A stretch of DNA of 64,000 bases from Balanoglossus misakiensis (lineage: Eukaryota; Animalia; Hemichordata): positions 10,172,296 through 10,236,295 of the forward strand of contig CM082594.2 of the NCBI GenBank assembly GCA_040954595.2, in the 5' to 3' direction. Below, piece after piece: positions 23,141-41,675 of the stretch. The notes under the pieces were generated by a model. It did not search any database and was not told the origin of the DNA. It was given only the letters and a program-made list of their open reading frames with translations. Each line of letters begins with the position of its first letter. Positions within the stretch are counted from its first letter, which is position 1. Made by a program: the position numbers and the translations under genes.

Positions 23141-26100
23141 TTTGACGACCGTCTCTGATGTTCAACGGCGATGCATTCAAATTATTCTGAAAATAGAAAA
23201 CAGGAAGATAAACGTGAACTTTCATATCTAGTATGAACAAATACCAACCATGTGTACATGTTATGAAATTTGACAAGTATGTCAATAGGGTGATCACGGT
23301 GATCTGGGTCGCTGTAGACGTCAGAGATGAACCAGCACAAGTTAAATGCCGACGATCGTCTTAAATGCGCATGTGCATAAGTTCGTGTGTACAAAGCGGT
23401 GACCGAACTAGTATATACATGTGCTCGGTATATACGTGGACAATTGAAATCGATATTGTATACTGAACCGGTGCCCAACAATATGTCTGACCAAGGGCTA
23501 TGGTCTTGGTACTTCCATGGCCTGTGGCCTGACCATGGACGTGGTGCGTCCGTGGCCTTCACTACAACAACACACAAACAGCATGGTCGTACAAACTTAC
23601 AAAGACAAATAGTTTTGTTATTACGAGTTCCACCGCACGAAAAGCCCAAACGATATTGATCTTGCTTGCTGCACGTCCTGGCATTGGCAAGGGTCCTTAC
23701 CTACGTTAATGTTGAAATGATATTCTTGACCGCTACATGAGTCTCCTACTACGGGTCACCCCAACAACCACATGTTGAATTTACCCCCTCGGCTATACAC
23801 ACACGCGCACACTTTCAATAGGAAAGAAATGACGCGCTTCAGTCAATAGGACTCTGACCGGTATCCCATAATACTGCCGACACCAATTGATCGTATTGTT
23901 CCGTTTCGCAATCATGAAGTATTTCTCTAGTGTCTATGTTCGGTCACGCAAGCAGCTAATTACATTGTCATTACACGCCCACCCCTCACCCCTAATCAAA
24001 TCGGATGATATAAAGGCGCAAAATCTCTCTGCCAGTTATCATCTCAGTGGCATATGTCTAACTAAATGTACTGATATCGCATGACTTCGAAACTGTAATA
24101 TTTTGATGTTATTTCTTTATGTTTGTTCTGTGTGTCACCTGTATGTTTACCCGAGTTCCAAAAGCATGATTAAATGTCAACAATCGTTTCATATATATAC
24201 AGACTGTAGTCTGACAAGCAGAACAATGGGAAGTTTCAAGTTGGCATATGCAGTAGAAGAAGAAACTGCAGTTGATACGAAGAGCAAATCTAGTTGGATC
24301 TATGATTGTCAATATTTACAGCAGGATATCCAAGGACACAGTCACCACCAGAATTAATTGTCAGAAAAGTTGTAATTCAATCAATCTTGGTTTAATACCT
24401 GTGACGTGCACAATGATCGAAACTGGGACGAACGCGAACCCACACTTATAACCACGTTACAAATTCATCCATAGCTTCGTTAGATAACCAGCACAAAGAC
24501 CGACTCACCTCATTGTTTCGCTGCAGTTTGACTCTGCCTGACCGTCAAACGTCATCTAATTAGAGTGCCTTTAGTTTCGTATGGCATCATAAAGACTAGC
24601 AGTCGACAGTCCACCTCATATTTTTAAAACCTCGGCCGCACAAAATCAGTATTTGACAACTTGTTAACCCGTTATCTGGAGGTCACATTCCTTCATTACC
24701 ACGTTGTAGATTCCAAAGGTCTCGCTTTATCGAAACGACCAGACACATTCTGTAGAATTGTTGTTGATTAACTCGATATTTTTTTGTCTGTGCGCATGTG
24801 TATTTTTGGCTGGGATTTGTCCTCGTATAACCTTCAGGTACATCGCCACAAGCAAATATTCAATATGTGACTGGATGCACGCGACAAAAAGAACAAAGAA
24901 TTGCGCAATGCATTTTATAATTCGCTGGGGGTCGAACCGTTTCGTGTACGGGAGTGGATTTGTGAGACGGAAAAGGGTTTTGTAACCCAGTTACTGCTCT
25001 TCTACAGGTAACTAAAAGCAAAATTGTGTCATGCTGAAACACTTTTAAAACTTCTTAGACATCCAAAGGATCCGAGAAATGAACCCGTCAAATCGTCCCG
25101 AAAATGCAATCATTCATGATTCAATACACAGTGATTAAATACGCCTGTCTTGATAAATTCAAGGTTCTCGGCAGGAAACATCGATGGTTGACATTAATCT
25201 TTTCCTTGAACCAAGTAATAGAACACCAAAAAACAACAATCCTACGAGCCAGACAGTGTCCTTTTGGTTGTAATCAAAATAAACCGAAATACGCAGACAC
25301 TTTATCTATATTATGTTCATGAAACAATACGAGGTCATGCATGTTTTCAAAGTCCGAATAAAAACAGCTGTAGGGAGGCCTACGCTCTGATTGTAGGCCG
25401 GGTCGTTCTGAGTTCATTTTTTAAAATGCCCGTGTTTCTACCAGGAATAGCTGGACGAAATTTGCTGAGATATTAAAATGATCTTGGTCATTTGTTGACG
25501 GTGGATGCGAACATCAAGTGGAGTACATATTCACCATAATTGTACACATGATTGTGTTATGCGCGAAGGTGTCAGCGCCCTCGGTGTTAAGATAACGACA
25601 GATTTTCTATTTCCAGGAAGACGTTTCCATGCATATTGGAAGATTTCACTTATAAAGGCTGGGGTGCATGTTCCAGCATGGTCCAAGAATTATAAAACTA
25701 CAAAAGATTGGTTATAATTGCAAAGTAGTTGCTCGTAATTAATTAGTGAGGATCTGTCGTGTTCTTTTAAATTTCCACTACATTGGCAAATTAAAGCCCC
25801 TATAGCTGCCAAATTTTGCATTTTTTACCAAATGGATCGGTCGGGCCATGACAAAGAGAAACATTTAAACCCTCGATTTCCTTTCGGAAAGTTAAGTTAC
25901 TACTAAAAACAAAAGTTATCACAGTTTCGTCGCTTGGAGAAGCTCAAAAACCAGGCCTTTCCAACTGGGAAAACATACTTGCACATCGTGCATCTGTTTA
26001 GGTTATGCACGTAAAATTGCACGCGTATTCTGACACAAGGCATACATATATGGCACAGTTATTACATATTTCATATCACTGCAAATGTAAACATACTCCC

Positions 26101-26360
26101 GGAGGTAATAAATTCACTATCTACTCTGCAATGCGATACACGAGCCTCGTTATCATTCCCCTTTCCCATTGTATGTAAATCGTACAGACTCATTGATAAT
26201 CAAATTGGGGTCTGTGATGATGAAACGTTCGCCTTGAACCCCTGGGCAGTGAATACTATACTGCAGCCAACCCAGTTTACAGTCAGCTGGAAAGTGAGAG
26301 AGATAAGACCAACAGTCCCAGGTACAGATCGGCCGATCAACAACTCGCAGCCCGCTCAGC

Positions 26361-29300
26361 ATGGAAGACAATAGCGCTGACACTGCAGTCCAGAAAGGCG
26401 ATGTACAGGGGAAATCGACAAAACAGAATGGTGAATTTGATTTCTCATCAGTGAAATTGAACGCAAGTCACGTAAAGGTGCCAGACGCCAAAACAAAAAC
26501 AGAAAGTCCGCAGATTGGAGACAAAGGTAGGTAGTTGTCCCTTTAACAGTTTCAAAGTACCAGACAAAGAGTACTTCAGTTCAGTTTATCACAACTCTCT
26601 TAAAGATTTACGGCTTCTGTTTTAAAGCATGTGAACCTTTCCTTAAAATATTTATCTTTCGGAAGTTAAAGTTCTGCCTATATCACGATTTAAAAAAACG
26701 GTTGACCTTATATGCCAAGAGGTGTTTATGTTTGAGCTGAGTAACCATCAAGAAAACAGGTAGCTGTCCAGCCAAAATATTGCTCAAAAGTAAAACTCCG
26801 CAAATACAGGGATTTGTGAAAATAACACGGGTCTATAGACTATATTATGAATGTTTTCATTTTATCAGACTATATTATGAATGTTTTCATTTTATCAATG
26901 CAATGTCTGCACTGCAAACCAACTCAGGTCATATTTGCTGACTTAAGTTAAATGGATACACAACGTATTGTGAAAGGAATGAAAAAGAAATGAAAATATC
27001 AGTCACGTTTTTCAGAAAAAAATTCCCACTCAGAAAATGTTATGGTGAAAATATCAAAACTCTGCAGCAAGGCTTGAAATCGGATAGAAGTAGAATTCTG
27101 TCAGAGGAATTCCCCGGCCAGATCTAGTAGATCATTAACCAAAAAGGGTTGAGAACCAAACATTTGACCTATGTCTGGCAAGAAAGGGATTTTCGATTCA
27201 AGCACAGCTAAAAATATACCTGACTGCTCCAGTTCGGTCAGTTACGTACAACTTGTTTACGTGCATATAAAACAAACCAGTTGATTATGTAAACGAGATT
27301 TAAATAAGTTAGACTATTGTACTGGCTTTGTAGTAAAGTAGTGCATTATTCATGAGCTTTATTTATTGTGTACATGAACAGAACAGGTTTATTCCAGCTC
27401 GGACTGGTCTGGTCCCTGGACAAAAGAGTGCCAGCACCCCGCGACTTTTAAAATTCGACCAATATATAGCAACCATATGGTAGAAAATATCCAGTTATTG
27501 TTATTATTGTGTGATATTTTGCAAAAATGCCAGTCCTTTATTTTATTTTTTGCATATTTCAGATCAAGTATTTAATCAAATATGAAGAAAAAGTAATATG
27601 TCTGACCAATGTCTTACAGACTGGATCGAACAAAGCCAATATAATCCCACAATGTCTGAAGGTCATTAAAAAAAAAAACAATTGGTATAGGCCTATTCTG
27701 TCTGATAAACATTTTAACAGCCAACTTTATAAATGACTATAAACTGCATCAAGGTCTTTTCAACAACAGAACGTGAATACGCCCGAAAAACAACTACTTG
27801 ATGACCGAATGTTATTGAGAATCTCTACCTTCAAGACTTGCAAACTAAAAGCGCTGCGCATATCAGATTGTGGGGAGTTTTATGATACTACGTGACATCG
27901 TGCAAATAGCATGCAATCATGAATATACACACATGTGGGTGCAGAACATTGGCATCCAAATATTGACATTCAGACAGTCATATGTGTGCCCTCATATCAG
28001 GGGTTTTGTGAGCGAGATAGCCAAGATAAAACTGGATAAGAAAGTTTGTTGAATTGTTCGGACGTACATGTACGCGTGAACGAGAGGATTAGCTGTAGGA
28101 TGCGCATTATGGTCACGTGACCATCTTAGAGTTGCGCTGTTTCCTTGGAAACAAGCGACAGTCGCTCTGCTATCTACGATGATTTTCCCGATATGTTTAT
28201 AATTTATGATTCAAGTATACTCCAATTCAGTACATTAAATTCATTCTACATGTTTTTAAAGACAAGGGAAGTGCACATTTTGCGTATCAAATCGCTTCTT
28301 GTAGCACTCACGGGCATTGTGGATTGTGGGCATACACATTTTGCGGGCGTTTCTGGGACCGCTTTATTTTCTGACCCTTTTTTCGATGTTTTTTTCTCTC
28401 GATAAAAATACCAAAAGCTATGTATGTTAACTCCAATATATAAGGTGTTAGGCAATTATATCGAAAATGAACGTTCTATTATACTGGTGACATATAAATG
28501 TTCAACATTTATGAAAAATGCAAACCAATTTCGAGCGAGCGCTTTCCAAGATGGCGGTGTGATCGGGTGCAAACTTTTCTGAAAACACCAGTTTTGTCCG
28601 TTGCATAATAGCAGGTGACCATGAATAGAAAACAAGAAACAAGCAAATAATAGACACAGCGTTTGCAGCAGAAATGTCAGTAACTGCTGATGTCAGTGAC
28701 CGATATAGTCACCAGTAAAATATGGCATGAGGCTGTATGGTCCTAGTTCTGAAGGTCATGCCTTGAAGGTCATTTATCCAGGCTGCAAATTTTAAGAGAT
28801 TTGGTTTAACGGTCACTTTAGTTGACTCGACCAATCATGTAAATTTGTGGTAGACCAATGAAAGTAACAATTTTTTTTTAAGTTTTAATAGTTATATGAA
28901 AAAGTGAGTTTGGGAAATAAAATGAAGCATTTAGCCTCCCTTAAAACTACAGTGGTACACAATTAGTTTGGGGATCACACGTCTTTGTCCTGATATACAT
29001 GTAGGAAGTGGGTTGGATGTTATCTTGATGAGATTCCAGACATGTCTAGCAACCTGTTGATTCGTTCGTCTGGCGTGTCAGAATCATGCTGTTGATGTGT
29101 ATAACCTGGAGTAGCAACCCATGCTCTTAAATTCATCAGCCACTTGTTGCCAACAGCCTGGGGGTCACCTTGTGGTTTTCTCAATCTTGAGGTCATCCTG
29201 AAGGACCTTTGGGCCAACAACAAGTCATAAAATCATAGAGTGTTTCAGCTCTCAGGCTGATATTGGCCCCAAGTAGGTTGCCTTTGGTGCAACCATAGAT

Positions 29301-32300
29301 GACAAATGCTGATATTTTAACCGCAAAGTACTCCAAAGTCAACCGTATCATGCAGTGTTAATGGCAACTATGTGAACGATACCAAAAATGGCTGCAATTG
29401 CATGATCATCTGCACCCATTTTTTTGTCATGACCACTCTTAGGATTATTACACCTGGTAAAGAATTTGTTACATCAAAAGTCTTCTGTAATTTCAGTACT
29501 TTTGTTTCCATAACATAAATATTCAGACTAATATGTGATTTACAAATCTAATTTTTTTCCAGAAGAAAATTCAGATGATATAGTGATCGCTGTTGTGCAG
29601 GAGGAACCAACAGCCTGCTCATGTTGTCCATCATACTGTCGTCACAAGATTCCGACTGACTGGAAACTAGAAGTCAAAGAATTATGGAGACTAGCATGGC
29701 CTACTGTAAGTAACAGAACAAGCTAGTAAATTGTGTGTGTCCCTGTTAGAATTAGAATATGCCTCATCTTGGAGAAGCTCAGCCCAATTCAATGTCAGCC
29801 TTACAATGTTAATGTCAGTGTAAAGCCAAACAATCTTCTACACTGATTAAAAAACCTACTAGCCCATGATTGGCCCCAGAGCTTGGGCTAATGGATTTGT
29901 CAGCCCCTAGACGGATCAAACCATGCTAAAATTCCCAGGTGTCAGGTATAATTGATTATATTAAACTTGTCAGCTGTGAAGAAAAATGAATTTTTCCAAG
30001 TTGCTGTACAAAGTTACTCTGCAGATAAATGGCCTTGTTTACTCATAGAGAGTCTTAGTTTAGACCTGATAAATTGAGCTGTCAAACAGACATTGATGAA
30101 TGCAATATCTAACCATACGAAAACAAGCCACAAAGATACAGTACACTTAAGATCACTGCCCTCAACCCCTGCGTTTGACCCCGGTATAAATCTTGCCGCC
30201 ACCTCTAGGTATTTAACTCCAGACTTGTCAAAGACGCCATTGTCTGTTGCCCCCTCTAGCGTAGCTTTACAGCAGACTAATGTTCAAGAAACGTTGAATA
30301 GCCAGTGGGGCTGGCTTTGAAAAGAAACAAAACAACCAATCAAAAGTGGGAGACAGGACGTTTTTAAATCTGAGTTGAAGGACAGTCCCACGTTTATTTT
30401 TTTCCCCCAGTCTGAAAACTGGTTCAATTTCTGCTGTACCTCTGCTGTCTTCAACGTTTCCTGTGCATTGAATTCAATAAGAAAAACAAATGGCCGAAAG
30501 CTTCTGTAAGATAGAATAAGCTCAAATTAAAATACTATATTCTAGGTTTGTTTGTTCGAGCGTTCATTGCCAACGAAATAAATTCTAACACTGAAATTGA
30601 ACTGTTTGTTGCAGATTGCGTCGTATTTGCTGCTGTTTTGTCTCAGTATGGTCAGTGTCCTCTTCTGTGGTCACCTTGGCGATGCAGAGTTGGGAGCAGC
30701 GGCCATTGCCCAAGCTGTAAGTATGAAAACTTTTCATTGGTGACTATATTGTTAGACATGTTTATGTTTTTGGCAGTATGTCAATTATATGATGATATTT
30801 TTAAATAAAAATTAAGGTTCAAAATATGGCTATGCCATTATTATTGAAAAAGAAATGTTCATGATTTTATTCCAGATTGTTTCTGTAATGGGTGTTTGTA
30901 TCGGTCAGGGTGTCTGTACTGCCTGTGATACTCTGTTCTCACAGGTAAGAAATCTTTTTTTTTTCGAGATGAGTTAATGTGTTGTCAGCTAGCCAGGATG
31001 TTTGCTTTCTTTCCTTCTGCAGTATTTGATTTGTATTCTGTCAGGTGAGTTAATTGCATTGACTGTTGTGTCCTACTGTATGTACAATATATAACTGTCT
31101 CTGTGAAAACCTAAATTCTTTCAACCGTCACTTTCACCTATCTGGGATCTGCCGGCCAAACATCACTACAATAGAAATAGTAGTCGCATAGAGCTTCTAT
31201 CAAATACTTTTGTGGTCACTGATCTCGAGAATGTACTTTAAAAGCCTTGTGATCCATGTGTGAAAACAATCCTTTTGTTGCTCTGTCTTTGCAGTCGTTC
31301 GGCAGTAAAAACAAGAAGAAGGTGGGCATTGTGTTGCAGCAAGCACTTATTATCATGGGACTGTTGGTCTTCCCAGTCTGGGGTGTACTTCTGAATGCCG
31401 AATATTTCCTTTACAATTTTGGACTTGAAGCCATCGTGATCAAGTAAGGTCGCGCACACTCTCACACTAAATGCAAAACTAATGTATTATTAATAATAGA
31501 AGTGGGGTGACTCCAATGTGATTTGCATATTAATAGCTGCGTTGACAAATACCTGTACAGTAAGCGATATACCCAGGGCTGCTCATTTGCATGACCTGTT
31601 TAATTTTTTGTCGGTCGCAGAGCAGCTAAGGCATTGAATCATGGGGATGTTAACTGAATCAGGCATTTGTTTGTTTTTCTTTCAAGTAAACAAGTCCCTG
31701 AAATACAATCGGTTTAACCGTTCACTGCCTTTATGCTAAATTGTATCAGACAGTTAATGTTAGCAGAAACATTCATTGAGTTCATGTTTTTTCTATTCTA
31801 GATTGGCTGGTCTTTACATACATGGCTTACTGGCTGGAATTCCAGTAAGTTGTCAAATTAAACTGTTTTTTGAGTGAACAGTAGAAATTCAATTGTCTTT
31901 CAGAATAAATCAATAAAGACTTTACACATATCATGAGAATGCTGCATTTCCTCAATGGGCGGCATTTGATTTGTTACAGTCATGATAGAATTATGTGAAA
32001 CAACTGTGATGTTCACCTTGACTGAAATGTCCATGGTTTGAGGGCGCTGTTTTCACAGAGAGCGCAAGGCTTTTCAGTCGCATGTTCGCCCAGAAAGTAT
32101 TAACGTGTTTGTGTTTATGTGTTTATTTGCAGGCTGTTTATCTCTTCACCATATTCTCCAAGTATTTACAGTGCCAAAGCATTGTGCTGCCGATTCTTAT
32201 CATTGCTGGCGTGGTCAACATCATCAACGTACCCCTCCACTACATTCTGATATTCCCGTTGCATTTGGGAGTGAGGTGGGTTTTTTCTGTCTTTTGTGGT

Positions 32301-34949
32301 GTAACTATGTGGCAGGGTCCTATATGGTCATATCACAGTGCTTTAATGTTTTGGCAATATTTAATATATCAATGATAATTTTCTTTGCATTACAGTGGTG
32401 CGGCCATCGCCCAAGTTCTGTCACAGTGGATTTTGGCTTTGACCTTGATCTTGTACATAGTGTACAGAAAAATACATCTCCCGACATGGCCAGGTATGAG
32501 ACAAACTTGTTCACCTCTTAAATGGATAAAGTACCATTTTTGTGAAACCATGGAACAAAGAAATCAACATATTAATTCTGTCTTTCAGAAATTGGTTTGA
32601 AAGTCAGTTTGGAGTATAGTTTGCGTAATACTTAAAACTGCTTTATTTGTTTGATACCAGGTTGGACAATGTTCTGTTTGAAAGACTGGGGCAACTTCAC
32701 ACGCCTTGGCCTGGCAGGTCTTTTCATGGTGTCCATTGAATGGTGGGCTCTGGAACTTGGAACAATTATCTCAGGTCAGTTATACTATTGTCTATACTTT
32801 GTGTATGCGAGCTATATCTTAATAATGTATTTTATACCTAAATAATGTATTTTATACCTAAATAATGTATTTTAATTTTTGTGCCATTATGTAGGGGCTC
32901 TTGGTGAAGTACAACTTGCTACTCAAGCTATTCTCTACCAATTGGTGATGATTACATTCATGGTAAGTTCGTTAACATGGTGATAAAACCTGATCTGAAA
33001 TTTCACTGTTGGTTTTGATCGATCGTTTCGGTGTCTTTTTGGTTGTTTATAGAAGCCCAGAAGAATTTGCAGTGTTGCAGTATTCATTGTGGTAACGTTG
33101 TCTTGCTTTTCTTTTTAGTTTCCGTTTGGTATGGCGCTTGCTGCCAGTGTGAGAGTTGGCAATGCTCTTGGAGCGTGCAACAAAACTGGAGCCAAGACCA
33201 CAGCCAAAGTAGCCATAATGTGCACATGTAAGTCTTAGCATGACATCACTTTACAGTCAGTCAAGGGACTTTCCTATAAAGCTGGCCTTTGTAGACAGGT
33301 GGATTTCATAGACAGGTCAATTATCGCACATGTAAATTGCTATATACTGTATCAAAAAGTGTGGCCATAGTAGACAAATTTTCACCATATAGAGGTGGCC
33401 ACTAACACAGATTAGTCTGTATTTGAACTTTGTAACCCTGTGGTCGTACTAAATCCATTTCTTTCATACCCCCTCTAGGGATTGGAGCTGCTGTTAATGC
33501 ACTGTTGTATCTTGCACTGAAAGACGTCATTGCAAGAGCTTTCACCAATGACCAGTGAGTGTTAAATTTCAATTAATTTTAATTTCCATCAAAACTATTG
33601 TTGTGTTTCGAGCGCAAAGCCCACAGATTGCTGCATGTTGATGGGTCCTGGAAACTACCTTTCAACATTATATCTGTTAATTTTAAAGGATGAGCTGAAA
33701 ATAATTTGCCACTATTTCTCTTCTGTCTGGTTGCAAGTGTCATGAAGTCCCTAAATTTTTCTTTGAATGATTTCTTTCCACAGAGAAGTCATTAACTTAG
33801 TTTCCAGTGCTGTACCACTGGTGGCAGTATTCTATTTTTTCGATTCATCTGCTGTGAGTATAATTTTCAAAAATCTCTTTTACCATTAATTTGTGTGTGC
33901 ATATTCTTTTTCAAGTTTTTGACGATTCTTGTATTAGATTTACTTTGATTGATTTAATATCGTCCTTTGTATAGGCATGCTGCGGCGGTATTTTGAGAGG
34001 GTGTGGTCGACAACGTCTTGGAGCTTTCTTGGATGCTTTAGGATATTACTTCCTTGGACTTCCCCTCGGCATTTCACTCATGTTCATCATTCACATGGGA
34101 ATTCATGGTAAGGAGGTTGTTTCGGATATAGTCCTCCCACAAAATGTAATTAATGGTACCTGTCGTAACCTGTGGGGTTCTGTTGTACAATGCAGTCCTG
34201 TATTTGCATAGTATGCTTCAAGTGATTAATAGCACATGACAGCAAACACTTCAATATTTTCATGTGATCTATTTTAGGTTTGTGGTGGGGTTACACAGCT
34301 GCAGCAGCCCTACAAGGTGTCATATTTTTAATCGCTGTGAGTATGACGAACTGGGACAGACAGGAACACAAGGTAATTAAATAATTCTGATTTGTGTGTT
34401 CGTAAATGTTTCTCCCTCACAAGGGTGCGCCAAGTCTTTGAATGGCCACGTGGTGGCGCTGTTTTCTTCTGTGTGGCTGGCACACTGTGAAAGTTTATCA
34501 GATCCCAACTTGTCATGGTAACTATGGCTGAATTTGCATAGCTGACCGTAGAAATCTTTTAATTTTAGGCGCAAGTGAGGTCTGGGATGGAGAAGAAAGA
34601 CAAGTACAAGGCTGTACGCAACCCCGGTGGTCAGAAGTCACCCAAGAAAATGGTGGTCAATATGACGTACAACCCCATGAGCGGAGAAGTGAACAACAGG
34701 GACAAACTGGAAGAAGACCAAGAGGATTTGCTGAGAGACCGTGAAGAGGAAATGACCAGCGAGGCGTTCCATCTCTCAGCAGCCGTTTTCTGTCGGAGAG
34801 TCACTGCCGTGGTGATATGCCTGGCCTTGTTTGTGTTCGGCATTGTGGGGAGTCAGGTACTGACCGTGCCGTACAACGAACTCTTCTTTGTTCCCACGGC
34901 GACGCCGAACGCGACATTGTCCACTCCCTTGACTGCAGATCATTACTAG
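26361..34949 (+). CDS. SLC47A1: MATE family multidrug/toxin extrusion transporter (SLC47A-like)
   Basis: Exons at approximately 26361-26526 (first exon, least certain), 29563-29705 (EVKELWRLAWPT), 30615-30716 (FCGHLG), 30876-30944 (TACDTLFSQ), 31295-31444, 31802-31843, 32133-32275, 32396-32493, 32661-32774 (EWWALE), 32896-32962, 33119-33227 (ASVRVGNALGA), 33479-33554, 33785-33853, 33975-34107 (GILRGCGRQ), 34278-34371 and 34570-34949. The last exon has the extra C-terminal TM typical of animal MATE1. Confidence 0.93.
26837..26896. repeat. Perfect 30-bp tandem duplication (intronic)
   Basis: agactatattatgaatgttttcattttatc x2. Confidence 0.9.
32821..32874. repeat. 20-bp tandem repeat, ~2.7 copies (intronic)
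   Basis: aataatgtattttataccta repeated. Confidence 0.9.
33252..33420. mobile_element. Possible degenerate Tc1/mariner-pogo-type MITE in a MATE intron
   Basis: Begins tacagtc, ends gtctgta, and has internal recurring tagacaggt(g) / agaggtggcc motifs. The TIRs are strongly decayed. Confidence 0.35.
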
Positions 34950-36103
34950 TCACTAATTTTTACCACAGACCCGTTGCGTGGCTTTGTGATGTGTGAGTCG
35001 AACGTGATGTCTGCATACCACAGAGATGCTGAAGATTGATAAACTTGACAATAATGTCAAGAATGGAACACTGCCTTGTGAAGTATGACTGTGTTAGGAT
35101 GGTAAAATGAGAGTTTGTGTACAGTTTCTTTTTTTCTTCAGTTTTGACAGAAATCTGTTGAAGATACAATGTATCTATCTACACTGTTCTTGTTGTCATT
35201 TAACTCTGAACCAAAGTTTCATAATTTATCTCATTCATAATCAGGTTATGTCATATACATATTTTGTAATATCTAGAACCTGGGAGAGGTTATGAATTAT
35301 TCATCATATCATGTAATGTTCAGGTTGTCTGAACAGTCAACATAAACAATTCATGTCACCAGGAATTGTGACTGTTTCAAATTATGTTGTTCCCTGTTTT
35401 TTATGTGAAATCACATAGATATGTTATGATTGTTTTGTAACGAAAGCTGGGATAGGTTTAGACTTTATAATGTGATTCAAGTATTGTTTGTTTGTGACTA
35501 CGTATATTGTAAATAATGATTGTATGTATGATATAAAAGCAATCTATTATAGGTTTGTTACAAAATAACGTTTGATATCTAGTTGATGTTATAAACTTCT
35601 CAAAAGCTGATACCATGATCACTCTTTGACAGAGCTGAAAAGACTATTACATTATGAGCCTTAAAAAAACGTTTTATGTTTTTTTGCTGATCTGGTTGCA
35701 AGTACAGATTATGCTAATTAAGAATTTGGTATGCATATTCATAGTTATAGCACAAATTTTCATATCAGGGTAATTGTGTTGAAACCATAGCGACTACTAT
35801 TTACTATCTACAATAAGCGCACTTTTACAGACATGTCATTCTCTAATATGCACAGTTTTAATGACATGTAAATTATATGGTCCTGAAAGGGGAGTAACTT
35901 TTCATTTGTTTTTACAGTGTGTGGAAACATTAACAGTACACTACCTCTGCATTCTGTAACCAAAAAAAGTTCTTACCTCAGATAATATTTATCTTGTTGA
36001 AGGTACTTTTATACTTAAGACTCTTTTAATACTTTTGCATTATATGCACTTTTCAATAAAACTATGATTATAAAAGCGATCCTCTAGTGTTATACAGCTA
36101 CTT

Positions 36104-36105
<2 letters not shown>

Positions 36106-36148
<43 letters not shown>

Positions 36149-36157
36149 CAGACAGAC
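36106..36157. repeat. (GA)n/(GACA)n microsatellite between the convergent MATE and NRAMP 3' ends
   Basis: Seen directly. Confidence 0.95.
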
Positions 36158-36461
36158 AAAGACTGCATCATCACAGCATCAGCAATCTCTAAAAGATATA
36201 ATTTTAAGAGACATAATTGAGTAATCCCACATATTCATTTATAAAAAAAGCTCATTCCACAGCAACTAAAAATGCATGAGAAACATAAATTGAGGTAGTG
36301 TATCTTGCATCACATCTAATTAAAAGCAACCTGTTAGAAGAATGACTAGTATGCCTTTAAGACTGCACATCAATGAAGACCTTTAAGTCCTCTGGATATT
36401 CGCCACTGACAATTTTGAAAGTATCAGTGTTGATGCAAAACACAACGAGCCGACCAATCAG

Positions 36462-36536
36462 CACTCTGTGTCTGTCTTCCAGAGGGGTCAGTCTAATTGA
36501 TGGAACACTCTGTGTCTGTCTTCCAGAGGGGTCAGT

Positions 36537-36549
<13 letters not shown>
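36462..36549. repeat. Perfect 44-bp tandem duplication spanning the NRAMP stop codon
   Basis: cactctgtgtctgtcttccagaggggtcagtctaattgatggaa at 36462-36505 and 36506-36549. Confidence 0.92.
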
Positions 36550-40685
<4,136 letters not shown>

Positions 40686-41675
40686 ACTTCCAGCATCTTT
40701 TAAGAAAAAATGTATATACCTGTGTTCAGTGGTTTCGCTTAAATATTTTCTCACTGGATATGTTGTGTCCCCCTCCCACATTAGAGTGACCCCCCCCCCC
40801 GTCACCCAATTCCAAAACAACGTGACACCCCCGGGGGGACGAGGGGCTGAAGAACTGACCAGTCTATTACATCTAAACACGTAATAATGTTACCTTCCCG
40901 GATCCTGTCCACAGTATCCGCAATACAACAAAAACAAGTTAATAAAGTACAAAATAACCATGCGCAAGTGGCCGGCCAAAGTACAGTGGTCGCCAAAAGT
41001 GAAGAACTCTCAGTTTCAGACCCCTTAACTTTTGTGTGAAGTTGATGAAAACAAACACTTTTACTACATATATGTACTGTGTATTCCTTGTACAGTTCGG
41101 CTATAGTCACGCGCTTTTTTGCGGCCGTCGAGTTCTCGTATTCAAAAGAGCTCCTGTCGGTGCTATGCGAAAGCTGTCACTGATTGTCAATAAGTGACAC
41201 GGGGATATGTACAGTGCAAATTATAAGTTACATCACACTACCGGTGTCGTACCAACTGCTCTGTTATCGATAAACGGGATGGCGTGATTGCGATATCATT
41301 TATCACGGCCAATAAATTAAACTTACCTGAGTATCGTAGCGTATATTTCGACTTCACCGGGCAGACGACTTATCTATTAGGTGCGATCAACTCTAGGTAA
41401 CTGCCCCCTGGCCACATAGACGTGTGTGTGTTGTGCGATCCCTGCCGCTGGCTGCGCTGTGCTGCGTTAACCTTTGAACTTTGTTTTGAACCGAGGTCAC
41501 ACGCAAGCGTACACTGCACCACCGGCGCCATTTTGTATTTCCTCCACATGGAGTGTGTCAAAAAACTGTGAACTTTGGGTTGATTACCGAATATTGCAAA
41601 GATCTTTCATGTAAAAGCGGTAGCAGCGCTATCCTTGAAGTCTGCATATATAAGCCAAGTCCAATGAAGCTCAAC

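Noticed and set aside
23180-26350. Assorted 60-155 aa ORFs and possible repeat fragments between the Roco and MATE genes
   Set aside because: No recognisable protein family, and no paired terminal repeats I could confirm; probably promoter, UTR and decayed repeat DNA.
36395-36420. CAGTG on the minus strand in the NRAMP 3' UTR as a possible iron-responsive element
   Set aside because: The loop is CAGUGG rather than CAGUGH, the flanks pair poorly, and there is no bulged C five bases upstream.
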